Part shown: positions 37,159-45,655 of the stretch, in pieces
Layout: each line of letters opens with the position of its first letter
How positions within the stretch are numbered: the stretch's first letter is position 1
Assembly (NCBI GenBank): GCA_964424575.1
Contig: CAYRIV010000014.1
Location: 1,214-65,213 of the forward strand
Source: an uncultured Caulobacterales bacterium
GTDB taxonomy: Bacteria > Pseudomonadota > Alphaproteobacteria > Caulobacterales > Maricaulaceae
Reading direction: 5' to 3'
Length of the DNA: 64,000 nucleotides
Notes under the pieces: generated by a model
Told to the model about the DNA's origin: nothing
The model's input: only the letters and a program-made list of their open reading frames with translations
Databases searched by the model: none
Position numbers and translations under genes: made by a program

Positions 37159-38076
37159 TTAGATGGAAATGCCAATAGATGCTGCTAAGCCTGACAATAC
37201 TAACTTAGCCCCATCTGCCAACAGGCTTCCGCTGGCGCCTACAATGGCTTGATTTGCGTCGTTATAGAATTTACTGAGTTTGACTTTTCTTGGAGATGTT
37301 TTTGCTATCTCCATTTCTATATTTTTTAAAGCTTTTGATAGTTTTTTAGCATCAGCACCTGCTTCGATAAGGGCTGGCATTGCCTCATTTAGCTTTACCA
37401 GTCCTTCCTCAATTTCAGATATAATTATTGTTCCAGAGTTTATGTCCCCTGCGACGTTGTTTGATCCTAAAATACCCGTAAAATTCTCGATTTTTATACC
37501 AGTCATAGCTTCCTTTGCATAAATTTTTTCAGTGGAATTAAAGGTCATTCCTTCACCCAGAACACCAGATTTTTCCATTTCAATCGACCAGTCGAGTACC
37601 ATATCTCGAACAGCAGTGAGTATCGAAACCAAGACGCCTCGGTTTATTTGATATGACATTCGTGCCGATTCATAATTTCCTAGTTTGTTTATAATTTCGA
37701 TTAGCCCTATAGGCATTGGAAGGGTTAGCGGTCCACTCGTATGGTTATGGAGTGTGTCTTCTAGGCTGCTGATATTTTGTGTAATACGCGCCGTGCTAAA
37801 CAATTCCATTACATCTTTATTGCCAGAGTATATCGGTATCCAACCATTATATGGATTCCATGCTGTTGGGCTGGCCATAACTATGCGGTATTGAGGTGGT
37901 TCGCTTTTGTATCCGTTCAATTCAGATTCAACCCATTTCTCCAAATCCGGAAGTTGAAGCTTTGCCGCCGCTAATTTCATCCTCCTCAATAAAGTTGCCG
38001 TAGGAACTTCTGTTCCAGAGGCACCTTCTTGAATTTCGTGTATCAAACTAGCCACATTATTCCCTTTGCTTAACAA
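37159..38076 (-). CDS. AbiTii-like (abortive-infection family) domain protein with a coiled-coil and a Gly/Ala/Ser-rich C-terminal tail
   Basis: The N-terminus SLIHEIQEGASGTEVPTATLLRRMKLAAAKLQLPDLEKWVESELNGYKSEPPQYRIV matches my memory of the AbiTii N-terminal domain pattern (...LLRK...LA.KL....L..W...ELNGY....P.YR). The TTG start at 38076 is uncertain; GTG 38055 is possible. Confidence 0.55.
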   Translation of the reverse strand: MLSKGNNVASLIHEIQEGASGTEVPTATLLRRMKLAAAKLQLPDLEKWVESELNGYKSEPPQYRIVMASPTAWNPYNGWIPIYSGNKDVMELFSTARITQNISSLEDTLHNHTSGPLTLPMPIGLIEIINKLGNYESARMSYQINRGVLVSILTAVRDMVLDWSIEMEKSGVLGEGMTFNSTEKIYAKEAMTGIKIENFTGILGSNNVAGDINSGTIIISEIEEGLVKLNEAMPALIEAGADAKKLSKALKNIEMEIAKTSPRKVKLSKFYNDANQAIVGASGSLLADGAKLVLSGLAASIGISI

Positions 38077-38200
38077 ATATGGATTGGTTTGAAGTAAATC
38101 AATAGGTGCACCTTTTTACCTTAATAGTGTCCACTTTACCGCTGCCGTGGACTTAGCCAGCTAAAGTCGATTCACAGAATTGATTTCTAGCTACGCCTTA

Positions 38201-38228
38201 CTCGCCCCTCGCCACTCGCCACTCGCCC
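38201..38228. repeat. Four tandem heptamers CTCGCC[C/A]
   Basis: The array is ctcgccc ctcgcca ctcgcca ctcgccc. It lies about 125 nt upstream of the AbiTii-like ORF and just outside the terminator of the neighbouring gene. Confidence 0.7.
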
Positions 38229-38269
38229 CTAAAAAATCAAAAGTTAAATACACACGGCGCGCGGCTCAT

Positions 38270-38294
38270 AAAAAAGCCACGCTTAAGCGTGGCT
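38270..38294 (-). terminator. Intrinsic terminator of the saccharopine-dehydrogenase-like gene
   Basis: On the minus strand, AGCCACGC-TTAA-GCGTGGCT is followed by TTTTTT. Confidence 0.75.
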
Positions 38295-38335
38295 CTTCAC
38301 TAAAACTCATAAGCCAGTTTCGGCCCAACCCGCCC

Positions 38336-39523
38336 CTAGACCTCAATCTTAAACGTGAGGCCTGCGTGCTCGGTGAGGCGTTTAATCAGTGCGTCGCCCA
38401 TGGCGGGGGCTGTGGTGTAGACGCCGCCTGCTGTTTCGGAGTTGGGCACATCGAGCGCGAGGGTGAGCGCGGCTTCCGTAATCATCTTGGACGTGCTGCC
38501 ATAGCCTGGGTCTTTGTCGCCTGTGACGCCTGCGATAATCTTGTCACCGTTTTTGAGGTCGCCGACAAACATGACATCGTAAAAGCCTGTTTCGCGTTCT
38601 TCCTTGGACGGGCCTTCGCCCGGCTTGGGCGGGTTTTTGGCCATGCTGTCATCTTTCGCGACATATTCGGCGGCCGCCTTGCCTTGCTCGCCCGGACCCG
38701 TCAGCACCATTTCGGAATATTTGAAATCTTTGCCGTAAGCATGATCCATCAACATATTTGAACGGTGGATATTTTTTGTATTAATTGCCGCCATGATGAA
38801 GGGCGCAGACCAACTTTTGAGATCTGGCTCTTCAATCGGTTTGTGACCTGCGGGTTGGGTGACGCCTTGAAAATCAGGTGTGAGGGCAAAAGGGTCTTTG
38901 AGCCATTCGAGCACATGGGGCTCTCGCATGGCGCGGGTCATGCTCTCCTTAAAGCTCGCCGCTGTGCCGCCGCTAAATGTGCCTTTCATCTTGCGCACAC
39001 GTCCGCGCACGGTGTCCACCGCATGGCCTGTGCGGCGCTTGGCTTCTTCTTGAAGGAAATAGACGCCCATATCAAAGGGGATAGAGTCAAAGCCGCAAGA
39101 GAGCACGATGCGCGCGCCGCTCTCTTTGGCTTGGGCGTCAAAGCCGTCAATGATGTCGCGCATCCAAGCGGGCTCTCCGCAGAGGTCAACATAATCTGTG
39201 CCGTTGGCCACGCACGCCCCGACGAGGTCTGTGCCGTAAAGTTGGTAAGGCCCGACGGTGGTCAGCACGACTTTGGTCAGCGATGCCATGGCGGAGAGGC
39301 TGTCGGCGTCAGCGCTATCAGCGACAATGAGCGGGATGTCTTTTGAGATTCCCATCTCGTCGCGTACCGACTCAAGCTTGTCCGCGCTGCGACCCGCCAT
39401 GGCCCATGTGACGTCGCTGCCATATTCTTTCTCAAGATATTCTGCGACGAGGCGGCCCGTAAAGCCTGTCGCCCCGAAGACAATAACATCAAACGCGCGA
39501 TCAGATTTGGGGGTAAGTGACAT
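38336..39523 (-). CDS. Saccharopine dehydrogenase-like NAD(P)-binding oxidoreductase
   Basis: 395 aa. The N-terminal Rossmann motif is FDVIVFGATGFTGRLVAEYL. Confidence 0.8.
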   Translation of the reverse strand: MSLTPKSDRAFDVIVFGATGFTGRLVAEYLEKEYGSDVTWAMAGRSADKLESVRDEMGISKDIPLIVADSADADSLSAMASLTKVVLTTVGPYQLYGTDLVGACVANGTDYVDLCGEPAWMRDIIDGFDAQAKESGARIVLSCGFDSIPFDMGVYFLQEEAKRRTGHAVDTVRGRVRKMKGTFSGGTAASFKESMTRAMREPHVLEWLKDPFALTPDFQGVTQPAGHKPIEEPDLKSWSAPFIMAAINTKNIHRSNMLMDHAYGKDFKYSEMVLTGPGEQGKAAAEYVAKDDSMAKNPPKPGEGPSKEERETGFYDVMFVGDLKNGDKIIAGVTGDKDPGYGSTSKMITEAALTLALDVPNSETAGGVYTTAPAMGDALIKRLTEHAGLTFKIEV

Positions 39524-39594
39524 AGCAGGCTCCGTGAAAGGTCATGGGAAGGTTATATGCACTTAATTGCATATAGTCCCAGCCTGTGCAATGG

Positions 39595-39969
39595 TTAAGC
39601 CTCTTTAATACGCGACTGTAACCAAATGATAATCGGCGAGCCGAGCTCGAGCGCCATGCCGAAGAGGTTGATGGTGGGCGGCGGGCCGACGGCATAAACC
39701 GAATAGACCCGCGCGAGACCGCCGATAAATATGGCCCCGATTAATATACGTAGAGGAGTCGCATGCTTTTCAATGTTTGGTATCATCCACCAAATCAAAA
39801 ACGCGAGGCTCAGATAAAAGGCGGAGAGATAACGGTATTGATTATCAATGGCGGGCGTCACAGCCTCAGGCGGGAGCCACCGTCCTGCGCCCAAGGCGAT
39901 GCCGACAATCCCGAAAAACAGCGGGATGAGCGAAAGGATAAGGAGGAGGATTTGGAGGGTCTTTTTCAT
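39595..39969 (-). CDS. DUF4345-family membrane protein
   Basis: 124 aa with four TM helices. The stretch YRYLSAFYLSLAFLIWWMIPNIEKH...FIGGLARV supports the assignment. Confidence 0.55.
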   Translation of the reverse strand: MKKTLQILLLILSLIPLFFGIVGIALGAGRWLPPEAVTPAIDNQYRYLSAFYLSLAFLIWWMIPNIEKHATPLRILIGAIFIGGLARVYSVYAVGPPPTINLFGMALELGSPIIIWLQSRIKEA

Positions 39970-39978
39970 TATATTTTC

Positions 39979-41070
39979 CTATTTAAGTTTTGTGCGCGCC
40001 AGCTCTGTCGCGGACAGGCTGCTGACATAAAGATAGCCGTCAGGCGCAATCATCGCGCCTGTCGTTTGCGGGTAATCGCCGCTGGGGTCTTGCCAGGTTT
40101 GTAAGACCTCGCCGCTTGCGGAGAGATGAATAATAAAGCCGTGGTTCTCAGCTTTCGGACGCAGGGCGGCGGGCAAGCGCATGGCGAGCTTTCGCATGAA
40201 CGGATTGTCGGCGTTCGCGTCGAGCCAAGCTGAGCGCTTTGAAATGAGGCCGAGCAAAAACGTCCCGTCAGGTAAGTCATTTATATTATCGGGAAAGCCT
40301 GGGAGGTTTGAGAGCACAATCTCGCGCTCGCCTTTGCGCGGGCCGTCAATATAGAGGCGGTGCACGGAATAGGTGCCTGTCTCATTGACGAGAAGGCTCA
40401 TGCCGTCCTTCGCCATCGCCACGCCGTTAGAAAAACTAAAACCGTCCGCCACGACGCGTGTGGATTTATCGCGCGGGTCATAGGCGAGGACGCGCCCCGT
40501 CTTGCGGTGCTCCATAATCTCAAGCAGGCTCGCCGCCATTGTGCTGCCGACGGCCTCAGCGCCGAATTTTGTCGAGGCATCAGAGAAATAAATGACACCG
40601 TTTGGCGCGATATCTAAATCGTCTGCATATTTAATCGGCGTGCCATCAACAGAGTTTGTGAGCGTGGCCAACGTGCCAGAAGGGGTCATTAACAGCAGAC
40701 CTTTAAAAGCGTCAGCAATGAATAGCACGTCCCCATGAAACTCTATGCCCAAAGGCACACCGCCTGTATTGGCAATAACCTTATGCGCTTTGCTTACAGG
40801 ATTAATTTCAATAATCTCGCCCTGATGACCAGAGACATAAATGCGCAGCCCGTCTTCTGTCTCGCGGTAAGACACATCCTCAGGGCCGTAAGTATCGCCA
40901 ATCGGTAAGCGCTCTAAATCCGCGAGCCGTTCATTAGGCGCAAACTCTCCGACATAGCCCGCATCCGCTGGCGCGTCCCAAGACACGGGATCAATCGGCA
41001 CAGGCCAAAGGGTTAGGTAGGCCGCGCTGAGAGCGAGTATAGCAGCGGCACCCAAAACTATCCTTCGCAT
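39979..41070 (-). CDS. Strictosidine synthase / SMP-30-like beta-propeller protein
   Basis: The ATG at 41070 is preceded by GGGAGAG. There is a signal or anchor sequence MRRIVLGAAAILALSA. IYFSDASTKF and FSNGVAMAKDGMSLLVNET are typical of the family. Confidence 0.7.
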   Translation of the reverse strand: MRRIVLGAAAILALSAAYLTLWPVPIDPVSWDAPADAGYVGEFAPNERLADLERLPIGDTYGPEDVSYRETEDGLRIYVSGHQGEIIEINPVSKAHKVIANTGGVPLGIEFHGDVLFIADAFKGLLLMTPSGTLATLTNSVDGTPIKYADDLDIAPNGVIYFSDASTKFGAEAVGSTMAASLLEIMEHRKTGRVLAYDPRDKSTRVVADGFSFSNGVAMAKDGMSLLVNETGTYSVHRLYIDGPRKGEREIVLSNLPGFPDNINDLPDGTFLLGLISKRSAWLDANADNPFMRKLAMRLPAALRPKAENHGFIIHLSASGEVLQTWQDPSGDYPQTTGAMIAPDGYLYVSSLSATELARTKLK

Positions 41071-41138
41071 GGCACTCTCCCTTTTAACCGGGTTAATCAC
41101 GGGCGGCAAAATTGAGCAATATTTGCTTATAGCTTATT

Positions 41139-41795
41139 TTAAGACACCCAAAGTGTCTGCCATCCTGCAATTTCCCAATGTTCATTTCTTTTCTCAAACA
41201 AATAGAAGTCCCCACTCCCGCATAATCCGCCACAGTAAAACTCGGCATATATAATCGCTGTTTTGCGATCACGGGAAAACGCGGGTGTTGTAACACCCCA
41301 TTGGGATATAAGCGGTCGATTGTTTATTTTATCAGAAAAATCCTGATTTACTATTTCTTCAGATGAAGCTTCACCAATCTCTGGCTTTGTTTCTAAGCCT
41401 TCGAAACACTCACTAATATTGACCTTAAGGTTGGAAAAATCCTTTGTGAAAAAAGCGGACGTATCAAGTTCGAAGTCTTCCGTGATTTTCTTATCATAGG
41501 TCTGTCCATCTACAATACTTTCTATTGTTTTAACCTCACCAGTATAGCGTTCAAACTTTTTTGGCGGCCTACCATTATTGTATTTATTTGCTTGAATGGT
41601 AATTGGCTTGAAAATATCTCGTACTAAAAATCCATCTCTTTGCTCAACCCTAAAATCATATACTGCAACATAAAGCTGACAGCTATCAATATCAGCAAAT
41701 GGGTGTTCCTTGGGAGATATAAGATTTAAAATTACAGAAAAAACTATCAATAAAATTAGAACGCCTAATGCGGTAACTGTATGTGCAGTTCTCAA
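41139..41795 (-). CDS. Hypothetical AT-rich membrane-anchored protein
   Basis: 218 aa with one N-terminal TM (ALGVLILLIVFSVILNLI). The C-terminus carries FYCGGLCGSGDFYLFEKRNEHWEIAGW. A hand count of one 60-nt line gave 37% G+C. I recognise no family. Confidence 0.5.
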   Translation of the reverse strand: MRTAHTVTALGVLILLIVFSVILNLISPKEHPFADIDSCQLYVAVYDFRVEQRDGFLVRDIFKPITIQANKYNNGRPPKKFERYTGEVKTIESIVDGQTYDKKITEDFELDTSAFFTKDFSNLKVNISECFEGLETKPEIGEASSEEIVNQDFSDKINNRPLISQWGVTTPAFSRDRKTAIIYAEFYCGGLCGSGDFYLFEKRNEHWEIAGWQTLWVS

Positions 41796-41800
41796 CCCCT

Positions 41801-42772
41801 TTATCCCAACTTCCGCTCAATCGCGTCCCACGATAGCGCCGCCGCGTCCACACCACTAAAGCGTTTTAGCTCCTGCACGCCTGTTGGGCTGGTGATGTTT
41901 ATTTCTGTCATTTTATCACCGATGACATCTATGCCGACGAGGATTTGTCCGCGCGCTTTTAGCATTGGGCCAATGGCGCGGCAGATACGCAAGTCATCCT
42001 CTGTCAGCTCCGTTGGCACGGCCGTCCCGCCGACATGCATATTGCTGCGGGTTTCCCCTTTTTGCGGGACGCGGTTTATTGCGCCGACGGGCTCGCCGTC
42101 AATGATGATGACGCGCTTATCGCCTTTGGAGACGTCTTTGAGAAAGGCTTGCGCGATAATCGGCTCGCGCGAGCTTTCCATGAACATCTCAATCAAGCTG
42201 CTGTAATTACTGTCATCAGATTTCACACGAAACACCCCTGCCCCGCCATTACCAAAGAGCGGCTTTAAGATGATATCTTTATGCTTTGCACGAAAGGCAT
42301 CAATGGCGCGTTTGTCGCGCGTGATTAGCGTCTCTGGCATGAGTTCGGGGTAATCGAGTGGCAGGATTTTTTCTGGACAAGAGCGCACCCATTCAGGGTC
42401 ATTGACGACAAGCGTCTCGCCTTTTAGCCGCTCCAGTAAATGCGCGGCGGTAATGTAAGCCATATCAAAAGGCGGGTCTTGGCGCATCCAGACAACATCA
42501 ATTTCGGTCGCCAGATCAATAACTTTGCGTTCCCCAAAGCTCACGTGATTGCCATATTCGCGGCGTACGGTCATGGGGCGGGCGTAAGCCTCTATGCGGC
42601 CTTCATTATATGAGAGATTCTGCGGCCCGTATTCAAAAAGCTTCATACCGCGCGCTTGCGCGACTTCTGCGAGAGCAAAGGTCGTATCACCGTCAATATT
42701 GACCGTTTCCATCGGGTCCATTTGGAAGGCCACGCGTATATTTTGGGATTGGGACACCATATAAAAACTCAT
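41801..42772 (-). CDS. gshB: Glutathione synthase (prokaryotic ATP-grasp type)
   Basis: Motifs are IRVAFQMDPMETVNIDGDTTFALAEVAQARG, ILKPLFGNGGAGVFRV and GDKRVIIIDGEPVGAINRVP. Confidence 0.9.
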   Translation of the reverse strand: MSFYMVSQSQNIRVAFQMDPMETVNIDGDTTFALAEVAQARGMKLFEYGPQNLSYNEGRIEAYARPMTVRREYGNHVSFGERKVIDLATEIDVVWMRQDPPFDMAYITAAHLLERLKGETLVVNDPEWVRSCPEKILPLDYPELMPETLITRDKRAIDAFRAKHKDIILKPLFGNGGAGVFRVKSDDSNYSSLIEMFMESSREPIIAQAFLKDVSKGDKRVIIIDGEPVGAINRVPQKGETRSNMHVGGTAVPTELTEDDLRICRAIGPMLKARGQILVGIDVIGDKMTEINITSPTGVQELKRFSGVDAAALSWDAIERKLG

Positions 42773-42882
42773 TCAGCACATGTTCACTTGCTATTGCCGT
42801 AGATATTGTGCAGGGGCAAGCCCGTACCCATAATTCGCCTCAGAGGCGAGTTTATAATAATAAGAAACGATGAGGAGCACAT

Positions 42883-43560
42883 ATGTTTCGTCCTACACTT
42901 TTACTTTTATCTGCCGCCGTGCTGACAGCATGCGCAACTACAGACACCGCTGAGACCAATCCGAACGCCACAACAGTTGAAGTTATTGCGCCAGAACCCG
43001 TCATGGCAGACACTAAGCGCAGAGCCCCGAAGATTATGAAAGATGTTTCGGGCAAAACGCTTGAAAACGCACCGGCGACAGAAAGCGTCGCCTCAGCAGA
43101 TATGACAAATGATAAGATGGCAGACAAGGATATGGCTGACGCCGCACCGAAGCTCGAAAATCTTTATTATACAGCCCAGACAAAATGGGAAATGATGCGC
43201 TTTATTGAGGCCGTGAATTCAGCAGAGCTTGCGACTGCGCTTGAAGCCGACGGCGCACTAACTGTTTTTGCGCCCACGTCTGATGCTTTTGCAGCCGCAG
43301 GTGACACAGCCGCAACGGCTGAGCTTCTCAAAGGTCATATTGTATCAGGAAAGCTAATGGCTGAAGACCTCATGGCGCGCGCCGCAAAAGGGGAAACATC
43401 GCTGCCAACCCTCGCAGGGACTGAACTTTCACTCTATGTTATGGGTGACACGGTCAAAATCGCAGACCCAAGCGGACGGCTCTATACCGTTGTGCAGGCT
43501 GATGCAGAGGCCAGCAACGGCGTTCTCCACATGATAAATGGGGTCCTCGCGGGAGAGTAA
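42883..43560 (+). CDS. Fasciclin (FAS1) domain lipoprotein
   Basis: The lipobox is LTACAT. FAS1 motifs are TVFAPTSDAFAA, LLKGHIVSGKL and NGVLHMINGVL. Confidence 0.8.
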   Translation: MFRPTLLLLSAAVLTACATTDTAETNPNATTVEVIAPEPVMADTKRRAPKIMKDVSGKTLENAPATESVASADMTNDKMADKDMADAAPKLENLYYTAQTKWEMMRFIEAVNSAELATALEADGALTVFAPTSDAFAAAGDTAATAELLKGHIVSGKLMAEDLMARAAKGETSLPTLAGTELSLYVMGDTVKIADPSGRLYTVVQADAEASNGVLHMINGVLAGE

Positions 43561-43580
43561 GCCTTTATAACTCAAGTTAG

Positions 43581-43615
43581 ACCGTGCTGCCTTTTGTGCG
43601 GCGCGGTTTTTCTTT
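43581..43615 (+). terminator. Likely intrinsic terminator after the fasciclin gene
   Basis: accgtgctgc-cttttgt-gcggcgcggt forms a stem with two G-U pairs and is followed by TTTTTCTTT. Confidence 0.6.
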
Positions 43616-43663
43616 GCGCCATTCATAATTCTCGTTAAGCTCTCCTGACATAAGGAGACTGCC

Positions 43664-43987
43664 ATGAACGATATGATACTCACAAATCTAGAGACTGTGC
43701 CTGGGCGTGAGATTACCGCTCATTTGGGTCTTGTGCAGGGCAATACGGTACGTGCCAAACATGTCGGACGCGATATTATGGCGGGTCTAAAAAATATCGT
43801 TGGCGGAGAACTTAAAGGGTATACCGAACTGCTCAATGACGCCCGCGAAGAGGCGACCGCCCGCATGATAGATGACGCTCGTGCGCGCGGTGCGAATGCT
43901 GTGATTAATGTGCGTTTTTCCACCTCGTCTATTTCAGCAGGCGCGTCAGAGCTTTATTGCTACGGCACAGCGGTAAGCGTCGCCTAA
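43664..43987 (+). CDS. YbjQ (UPF0145) family protein
   Basis: 107 aa. Motifs are GLVQGNTVRAKHVGRDIMAGLKNIVGGEL and ANAVINVRF. Confidence 0.8.
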   Translation: MNDMILTNLETVPGREITAHLGLVQGNTVRAKHVGRDIMAGLKNIVGGELKGYTELLNDAREEATARMIDDARARGANAVINVRFSTSSISAGASELYCYGTAVSVA

Positions 43988-44458
43988 ATGGGAAGCTTAA
44001 TCACCTTTATTGTCTTGATGCTTGTCGGGTTTTTCTTTGGCCGGGCCAATGAAGCCGCCCATATCAAGCGGCTGAACACGGCAGAGGCCGAACTGTCGCA
44101 TATCAAAATCAACAACCTCAAACGTGTGCAAGAGCCGCTCGAAGACGGCGGGGTCCTCGTGAGCGGAAATGTCGTCGTCGCGGTTGATTATTTCAAAAAG
44201 ATCATCGCCGCACTGAAACAAATTTTTGGGGGCAAGCTGGGTATGTATGACAGCTTGCTATCGCGCGCGCGACGCGAAGCTATTGTGCGCATGCTGCGTG
44301 AAGCGGACGCGCTTGGCGCGGATGCCGTTTACAATGTGCGTGTTGAGTTTTCCGCGATTGGTGCACAGCCCGAAGCCATTGGCGGGGCGGAATTCCTCGC
44401 TTACGGAACCGCTGTGAAACGCCGCGAGACAGACGCAGCACAGACGTTCACCGCTTAA
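43988..44458 (+). CDS. YbjQ-like domain protein with an N-terminal transmembrane anchor
   Basis: The start abuts the preceding stop (TAA ATG). The TM helix is LITFIVLMLVGFFFG. The YbjQ-like core reads VVAVDYFKKIIAALKQIFGGKL...ADAVYNVRVEF. Confidence 0.6.
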   Translation: MGSLITFIVLMLVGFFFGRANEAAHIKRLNTAEAELSHIKINNLKRVQEPLEDGGVLVSGNVVVAVDYFKKIIAALKQIFGGKLGMYDSLLSRARREAIVRMLREADALGADAVYNVRVEFSAIGAQPEAIGGAEFLAYGTAVKRRETDAAQTFTA

Positions 44459-44468
44459 GAAAGTTGCC

Positions 44469-45308
44469 ATGACAATACGCGTTTTTAATCATACGACCTC
44501 TAACGGATTGCGGCTCAGCGGGCATATTCATATCCCAGAAAATCCGCGTGCCGTGATGAGCCTTGTTCACGGCTTTGGCGAACATCAAGGGCGCTACGGT
44601 CCTATGGTGCAGCACCTAAATGATGCTGGTATTGCGGTCGTGACGATGGATTTGCGCGGTCACGGCATATCGGAAGGCAAGCGCGGTGTCTGCAAAGATT
44701 ACGCCCTGATGATAGATGATGTCGGGGCCCAAATTCGCAAAGGCGCGCGCACACTCCCTAACCTACCGCAATATCTCTACGGCCACAGCATGGGCGGCGG
44801 GATTGTGCTGCGCTACGCCTCTGATGCGGGCCGCGCGGCAGAGCTTTCTGGACTTATAGTGTCTGCACCGCTCATAAAACTTCCTAAGGCTTTACCCAAA
44901 GCGCAAATTACGGCGGTGAAATTACTCCGCCGCTTTGCGCCCAATATGACAATCCCAAATCCCATTGCGGGAGATCAAATTTCGACTTTGCCAGATGAGC
45001 AAGCGCGTTACGAGAGCGATGAACTCAACCATGATCGCCTCGGCATTGGGCTGGCGCTCGATATGATAGAGACCGGTGAAATCGTATTGTCGCGCGCTGA
45101 AAATTTCTCACGGCCTATTTTGCTTGTTCACGCAAAGGATGACCAACTCACAGCGTCAAGCGCGTCAGAAGAATTTGCACGCCGCGCGCCAAATTGCGAG
45201 CTACATATATTTGAGAACAATGAGCATGAGCTACATAACGACACGGCGAGGCACGAAGTCTACGGTCTGATGATGCAGTTTATGGACACAAGAGGAGTCA
45301 CCGCATGA
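44469..45308 (+). CDS. Alpha/beta hydrolase (lysophospholipase / monoacylglycerol lipase-like)
   Basis: HGFGEH is present, the nucleophile elbow is GHSMGG, and DQL...HELHND lies near the C-terminus. Confidence 0.8.
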   Translation: MTIRVFNHTTSNGLRLSGHIHIPENPRAVMSLVHGFGEHQGRYGPMVQHLNDAGIAVVTMDLRGHGISEGKRGVCKDYALMIDDVGAQIRKGARTLPNLPQYLYGHSMGGGIVLRYASDAGRAAELSGLIVSAPLIKLPKALPKAQITAVKLLRRFAPNMTIPNPIAGDQISTLPDEQARYESDELNHDRLGIGLALDMIETGEIVLSRAENFSRPILLVHAKDDQLTASSASEEFARRAPNCELHIFENNEHELHNDTARHEVYGLMMQFMDTRGVTA

Positions 45309-45652
45309 GCGAGATAACAGTCTACCACCTCAAAGCCTGTGACAGCTGTCGCAAAGCGTTGAAAGCGCTGGCGGCGGCGGGGAATGACATTTCAGCTGTC
45401 GACGTACGCGCGGACGGTATCTCTGAAAACACATTAAAAGAGCTTGCCGTGAAAGTGGGCTGGGAAACGCTTCTCAATACGCGCTCGACTACGTGGCGGG
45501 GATTAGACGATAGTGAGAAAGCAGATATGAACGAGGCGAAAGCCGTCAAATTAATTGCGCAGCATCCGACGCTCATGAAACGTCCTGTCATTCAATCAGA
45601 CACACAGACAACAGTCGGCTGGAAAGCCGCGCAGCAAGACGTTTGGCTCTAA
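45305..45652 (+). CDS. ArsC/Spx/MgsR family protein (YffB-like)
   Basis: 115 aa. Motifs are ITVYHLKACDSCRKA and LMKRPVI. It overlaps the upstream gene by 4 nt (ATGA). Confidence 0.75.
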   Translation: MSEITVYHLKACDSCRKALKALAAAGNDISAVDVRADGISENTLKELAVKVGWETLLNTRSTTWRGLDDSEKADMNEAKAVKLIAQHPTLMKRPVIQSDTQTTVGWKAAQQDVWL

Positions 45653-45655
45653 GAC

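Noticed and set aside
38180-39346. Two 193-aa plus-strand ORFs (38180..38761 and 38765..39346)
   Set aside because: Both are antisense to the saccharopine-dehydrogenase-like gene, which has a clean Rossmann motif and its own terminator. The first also runs through the terminator and the heptamer repeats.
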